Assembly (NCBI RefSeq): GCF_009914755.1
Contig: NC_060936.1
Strand: one strand, 5' to 3'
From: the human T2T-CHM13v2.0 reference genome, Homo sapiens
Length of the DNA stretch: 64,000 bases
Notes under the pieces: generated by a model
Database searches by the model: none
What the model was told of the DNA's origin: nothing
What the model saw: the letters and a program-made list of their open reading frames with translations, nothing else
Shown: piece by piece, positions 56,751-64,000 of the stretch
How positions within the stretch are numbered: position 1 is the stretch's first letter
Layout: each line of letters opens with the position of its first letter
Program-made: the position numbers and the translations under genes

Positions 56751-56803
56751 AAAAAGAAAGAAAGAAAGAAAGAAAGAAGGAAAGAAAGAAAGAAAGAAAG
56801 AAA

Positions 56804-56839
<36 letters not shown>

Positions 56840-56861
56840 GAAGGAAGGAAGGAAGGAAGGA

Positions 56862-56956
<95 letters not shown>

Positions 56957-56970
56957 AAAAGAAGAAGAAG
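56751..56970. repeat. Compound (GAAA)n/(GGAA)n microsatellite
   Basis: About 220 bp pure purine tetranucleotide array. Confidence 0.97.
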
Positions 56971-58419
56971 AATCTAGCTGGCATACCTATTGAAAAAAAT
57001 TGAGGATCACTAGACTACTAAAGTGGTTTTCTCTGCAGGTAGAATTACGAGGCACCTTCACTTTTTACAATACATATTTCTTCAGTGTTTAAAATTTATT
57101 TAATGTATATATTACTTCTATTGAGAAAAATAAATTTTAAAAACACTTTAAGAGTTTATAGAGAAAATTCTATTACTGTTAGAACTGGATTGTACAATGT
57201 TGCCTAAGTAGGAAATTAGCAGATCTTTGGCCAACATGTAGAACAAGTTTTGTGAGGTCGCCTGCCACACCCCGGAACAGCCATGGAAGCTTCCTTCAAA
57301 CATCAGAGCAATCTGGAAGGAGAATAAGAGAAGATACAATTGCTACTGTAAAGTAAGAGAAAGAGAAGGTGATGGGAAGAAAGAGAGAGACATTCCCACT
57401 GTGAGAGGTTGAGGTGTGCTAAAAACAAACCGCAGAGAATCGAGGGATTAATAACAAAGGCTCCTACTGAGAAAGAAAATGACTCAGAGATTTGTAGTAT
57501 CAAGAATAGAGGGTTTCCTGCCCACTCCTACTCCCACCTCCTTGCTCAGCTCACAGTCACCCAAGCACGCACACACAGCTCTGCCATGCTCCTGTGTGCA
57601 GTTTGCAAGGTATTAAACCCTCAGAGCCAACTCCATCAGGGCTGCTTGAGGATTCATGGAAATAGTTAAGCCAGCAGCAGGCTCATAATAAGTTATTATC
57701 ATGGTAGTTGAATGAAAAGGCAAGCTCAGTTTGTATACACCTTAGGGAAAGTCACAGATGTAGTTCATGCTACATATACATTTTCTCTTAATTAAACATT
57801 GTTCTATAGCATTATTGGAAGTGCAAATCATTGAGTGTACAATTGTCCTGCTTGAAGACAATCCAGAGAGCTTCTCACACAGTGGCTATGTTTTTTGAGA
57901 ACATAGTTTAGGGGGAAAATAGATGGTTTAGGGGGCTTGTTAGCCAAGTTCAGAGCTCTAAATTCATAGCACATTTTTTAAAGTCAGTGAGCAAAAAGTT
58001 TAGAACTCCAAGACAGGCATCAAGCATAACGCTTTCAATTTAGATGCCACTTGGTAGCAATTAGACATTCCCAGCATTGGTTTCTCAGTGCTCCTCCAAT
58101 GCGGCTCCTTCCCTGGAATCATTTCAAGCATCCAAGTAGGACAGGAGGCCTCCACCCCTCTCATTCCCAAACTCACATGCTCCTCATGCCTCCTGGCAAA
58201 TTAGGGGGTGAAAAGGAGCATCGTGTATCATCCAGCTCCAAGCACGTAAGGGCCAACTGCTGCTTCCCTTGCAAGGTGATTTGTGATAGAAATGCCTAGT
58301 CCTACTATATATTGATGTGCAAAAATGTGAAACTTTTATACTCAAGATAACTGACAGGGGCCACTCTCTTTCTCATTGAAAGCACTAAAGGATTTTCTCT
58401 CTTCCCTAAAAGAAATATC

Positions 58420-59690
58420 ACAAGGCCCCAAATATTATTGAGGCTATAAAGACTTAATAATTAAAGCAGAGTGGTACTGCTAAATGAATTCACAAATAGA
58501 CCAATGGAAAAGATGCAGAGTCAGAATTATAAGCAAATGCCTATGGGGATTTGGTATATGACAAAGGCAGCATCCCAAATCAGTCATGATGATTTTTAAA
58601 TAGAACAATGGTGGGGCGATTGGGTAGTCAGGAGCAAAAGGACAAAGTTAGATCCATAACTAACGTAATACTCATCAGAATAAACTCCAAATAATTCAAA
58701 GATTTAAAGATGAGGGGGAAAGGAATTGTCAAAATATGATAAAATGCAGGCAAATCCCTTTGTAACATCAGTGTAGGGAAGGCCTTTCTAACTATGGCTG
58801 AAAATCCAGAGATCATGAGAGAGTAATGATGCTTAACTACATAAACAAACAAAGGCCCTCTGAAGGCAAAAGAGTAGTAATAATAATAACACACCAAGGC
58901 AAAGTCAAAAGATAAGTGGCAAACCAGCAAAAATATTTGTAACTCATCTCAGGCATAGACTCCCCTACACATATTTTTCACAGAAAGGAAATATACCCTT
59001 AAACATATGAAAATACTCTCAACCTCAGTCATGAAAAAAAACAACTATTAAGTCAGAACTGCTCTAGGAAACCATTTCTCGCCTATCAGATTGGCAAAAA
59101 TCCAGTGTGACAACACACTCTATTGGCAGGGCAGTGGAGGGGACTCTTATCTAATGCTAGTGGGAGAGTCCTGTGAAGGACAATTTGGCAATAACCATGT
59201 AAAGCGCATTTACTCTTCGACCCAGCAATCCCACTTCTGGGAGTTTATCCTACAGATACCACTGCATAAGCAAATTCATTGCAATGTTTTTTGTAATTAC
59301 AAGACTGCAAACAACCTAAACGCCCATTCATGGAGGCTGGTTAGATACGCTGTGGGACAGGTACACGAGGAATACTATGCAGATGTAAACAGTAAAAAGT
59401 GCATGTTCTCTATGTATTATTAAAATACTTAGAGTAAAAAAGGTGAGGACAGAGTGCAGCTTTTGTGTAAAAAAAAAAAGAATAAACAGGTATTTATATT
59501 TGCATTTAAAAAGGATGAGATGAATATGCAAGAAACTAATAAAAATGCTTACTAATTTAGAGGGAGAATCAGGGTGAATGGGGACAAGGGTAGAAATAAA
59601 ATATGTTTTTATATGTAATTGCTTTATATTGTTTTGATTTTGAACTATATATGTATATATTATTTATTGAATTAATGAATTTAAATTTTA
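58420..59690 (+). mobile_element. Old L1ME-like fragment
   Basis: ATAGACCAATGGAA, CCCAGCAATCCCACTTCTGG motifs. Confidence 0.7.
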
Positions 59691-60482
59691 AGGAACTATA
59701 ATGTTGGCATAGAGTAAGATATAAAGACCAAAAAATACCCCATGCTTTTGCCTCCTCCTTTCGTTGTAACAAGTAAATCACATCCTCAGGTAAGGATTTG
59801 TCCAAGCCTTGCAGAACTATGCTTTCCTAGGGACATTTATTGAGTCACTCTTTTTCCCACTGAAGGAAGGTTTATTACATGACAGATGGACAGGAGCCTC
59901 TACTTACAGAATGACACAGGAATAGGAGCTCTATCGGCTCAGACACAGGAATGAGATCACAGGCAGACTTCATATTTGAAGGGAAGGCAGGACATGAGAG
60001 CACTGGTGTGTGGTTGGAGATAAACTGCCATTATAATCCCTCACCCAAGACGGGGAATCTGGAATATACTGTGCAGGAGAGCTGAACAAAGCAGGACTCT
60101 ACAGTCAAGGGGCTGCAGCTTGCAGATTCAGTCTGCCTGTGTATGGGCTACATTTTCTATGAGAAGCAATATACCATGGTGCTCAAGACCAGCAACATAC
60201 CTGGTCTCCAAGGCCAGTTAGGCATGGCTTGCAGCCCCAACTACACCATTTATGAAGGATATGGACTTGGCGAAGTTACTCAGTTTCTGTAAACCTCAGT
60301 TTCCTCATCTGTAAAATACAGGTAATAATAGGCAAAAGTACATAAGATTATCCTCATTCAGGCATTTGGTACAATGTCTGACACATAGTAAGTGCCCAGT
60401 AAATAGAAACCATTCATGTGATTTGGCCTGTACTAAAGGGAGCCTGTTCTCTATCTCATCAAGGCTGCACATCATTGCAAGG

Positions 60483-60590
60483 TTTTGTTGTTGTTTGTTT
60501 GTTTGTTTGTTTGTTTGTTTGAGATGGGGCCTCACCATGTTGCCCAGGCTGGTCTCAAACTCCTGGGCTCGAGCAATCCTCTTGCCTTGG
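60483..60590 (-). mobile_element. Alu monomer (FLAM/J-like) fragment with (TTTG)n tail
   Basis: GAGATGGGG...CCCAGGCTGGTCTCAAACTCCTGGGCTC. Confidence 0.85.
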
Positions 60591-62018
60591 CGTCCTGTTG
60601 CATTTTGAAGGAGCGATATCGGATACTTGCACTATCTCCCTTTTATTTTATTTTCCATTTCAACTCATATTTTAAGTTAAACAGTAAAACCCCCATTTTC
60701 ACAGCTCCTGATGGAGCCATGTGAGTGAAGGTGTGCATGTGAGTGAGGCTAGTCTCCCAAGAGAACCTACTCTTCATATGCAAACCTGGAGGGGGACCCC
60801 GCACAGCAGGAAACAGGCCACTTAGAGCAATTTAATCCCGTGTGAAAGAAAATCTAAACTAAGTTTGGACATCTTTGATTGAACTCAGCACATCTTTTAC
60901 AACCAGTTAAATCATTAGACTTCAGAAAATCTTTTCAATGTGGGTGCCAAACAGCCAGTTTGGCTTTAGCTGTTTTGTAATCACCTTGGTTCCTCAATTT
61001 TCTCATCTCATTGTTCATGTTAACCGTAATATCTGTACCTAAGGGAAGATTCCGTAAATACTTTACTTGGTAACTAAGAAATGAGCCACTACCAGAGAAA
61101 TCATTTCACTGCCACATCAGTGCAGGGGAGTTTAGCTGTTATTTTCTCAGATATCATAAGCTCTAAGAGGCTGATGCTTATCTGAGAATCCCATTTAAGG
61201 AAATTGCGCATGCTTAACTCTAGTGGTGTTTCTATGGCCATTTCACAATTATATAAGGAGGAATCAATTTAATAAGAACTTTATTGGAATCAATACATTT
61301 GATTGGCCTAGTTTCACAAGCACCTTGGCAATGCCACATTCTCAAAAATCAGCCACATATGAAACCAGTGTGCATGCAAGGATAGTTATCAAGTACTTAG
61401 TGAAACTCGCTAAATTATCAAAGAAGATGGGGGAGGCTGCTATGACTTGGAAAGGCCAGATGGAAAGAAAAGCATAGACTGAAACAGAGTCACTTCATAG
61501 TTACACACTGAGGCCCAGAAGTAGACCAATCTCATTTTAAATTTTTCCTCTGCCCCCTACTAATTTTGTGAAACTCAGAAAATTTCTGAACCTCTCACCT
61601 CAGGGTCCTCCTCTGAAGGATAAGGAAAATCATAGTAATGGGAAGTAATGAGGTCATTTGTGAATCTCAGAGGTAAAGAGATTATTTGTGAAGGCCACTT
61701 AGTACAACACTTAATATAAGCACCCAAAACTACAGATATTATTTAATAAAGCTGCCACATGTAACCTGATAAATCTGTCAAATACAAATAATAATTGTCC
61801 TTATTTCTTATGGTTATTGTGGTCCTAAGTGAGTTAATGTATATAAACAGACTAGAAGTGGGATCCTCATGAGCTCAGTAAGTGTAAGGACTATGATAAC
61901 AAAGAATCCTCCTCCTATTACTATAATTATTATCCAGTCCTTCTTTAGGGAAGAAGAAAAATCAGCCTGGAATTGAAGTTTTAACTTAATCAATAGCTTG
62001 AGCCACCTCAATTGCTGA

Positions 62019-62384
<366 letters not shown>

Positions 62385-62540
62385 TAATAATTGAATTTAA
62401 TGTTCATTTAATTTAAACCTGCTGTCTCAAAGAAGCAAGTGCAACTTTTCTCAGTACAACTTAATTTCATGTGTGATGTCTTAAGGTTGCACTTTTAAGG
62501 ACTAGCCCCTTAGACTGGGTATTTTCATCTAGGTCACCAC

Positions 62541-62845
62541 TTTTTTTTTGTTTTCTAGTCAGGATCTCGCTCTGTTGCCCAGGCTAGAGTGCAGTGGAGC
62601 GCCATCACAGCTCACTGTAGCCTTGACCTCCTGGGCTCAAGTGATCCTCCCACCTCAGCCTCCCTGGTAGAGTAGTCGGAACTACAAGTACATGCCACCA
62701 TGCACAGCAATTTTTTTCATTATTTGTAGAGATGCGGGTCTCCAAATGTTGCCCAGGCTGGTCTTGAACTCCTGGGCTTCAAGCAGTCCTTCCGCCTTGG
62801 CCTCCCAAAGTGCTGGAATTACAGACATGAGCCACCGCATCCGGT
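62541..62845 (-). mobile_element. Alu (J-like)
   Basis: TSD TAGGT(C/T)ACCACTTTT. Confidence 0.93.
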
Positions 62846-64000
62846 CATAGGTTACCACTTTTGACATTTATGTAGCTGCCACCAGGTGCCTGGTGGTGCC
62901 CCAGCCTCAGGCTCCGTGGGACAGCCAACTGAGCTCTCCTAGGCATACCCAAAATACAGCTGCATTAACTATCTAGTGCAATTATTTTTACCAAGCTCTA
63001 ATTGCTTAGTAAAAGCAAAGTAATATGCAATTTAGACTAAGGTTTTTTTATAAATAAAAATAAATATGTGGGTCCACTGTGACACCATTCTTATACTGAC
63101 ATAGTTGAATGGCTGTCTTTGCGTGTTTAGAATAAACTTGGTATTCTTTATTCTTCTCTAATGAAAACCTTTTCATTTTTCACTTATACCTCAAATGTCA
63201 AAAAAATTGTATGAGGCTCCTCAGATCTAGAGTCAGAATCTCTTGCTGTCAGTTGAACTTTGGCATGTAACTCTCAGCTGGCTACTGATTTCAGAGGAAG
63301 CTGGAGGTGCCCACTCATCCACCTCTCCAAAGCAGTAGAGATGAATGTAATGTGGCTTTGAAGGTAAAAGACCTGAGTTTGGATTTCAACTTAGCCTCAA
63401 CTTTCTTACTGGCAGAAGAAAGACAGTACTCACAAGATCATTCGAAAGATTGAATTAAATAATGTGGACTCCTCATGGATCTAGAGTCAGAATCTCTTGT
63501 TTTCAGTTGAACTTTGGCATCTAACTAACTCTCAGCTGGTCACGGATTTGAGAGGAAGCTGGAGGTGCCCCTCATCCGCTTATTACTGATGACTGTTACT
63601 TCCCTTCTAGTAATAGCTAATGTGTAGTGAGTGTTTGCTGTGTACAGGTGGCTATGTAAGAATCCTATGTGGACCTGCTTGTTTAATTCTTATGTGAGGA
63701 GCTCAACACAGGCTTAGAAAAGCCCAGTAACTTGCCTAAGATGACATAGTACCTATCAAAGCTGAGATCTGAACCCTGTCAAAGCCCACAGCTCGTGTGT
63801 TTAATCACTGCACCTCCCATAGAGATGCTTTTCTGAAAAAAAATCGCAAGCTGATGAACACTTTGTATTTTCACTTATCAAATGTATAGAACTTGTACAA
63901 CTAAAGGGGCTTGGAGAAGTGGTTCTCAACTGGTTCTTGCAGAGACACCTCCAATGGTACTACAACTTTCCGAAGAGCTAAAGTAGTGCCCACAAAGTGC

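Overview
Primate (human-like) genomic DNA, rich in Alu/L1/L2/MIR/LTR repeats, from the IL-10-family cytokine cluster. It holds the 5' end of IL26 (coding exons 1-3, minus strand; the rest lies left of the window), the complete IL22 gene (short non-coding first exon plus five coding exons, 179 aa, minus strand) and about 31 kb of IL22 upstream DNA. Both genes are well known. The most structured non-genic element is a decayed ~5.6 kb ERV1-class provirus between IL22 and IL26, co-oriented with both. It has a tRNA-Ile PBS, matrix and zinc-knuckle gag remnants, no recognisable pol, a fragmented env, a full 3' LTR and a 5' LTR cut at the TATA position. Other signals are two tandem consensus RORE motifs in an IL22 intron, a CTCF-like motif in IL26 intron 3, a 95%-identical inverted copy of an ancient L1 fragment, and a plus-strand terminal-exon candidate. 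Almost all other ORFs in the track are repeat-derived or spurious. Repeat subfamily names are by-eye calls needing RepeatMasker/Dfam confirmation. I found no clearly new gene system.
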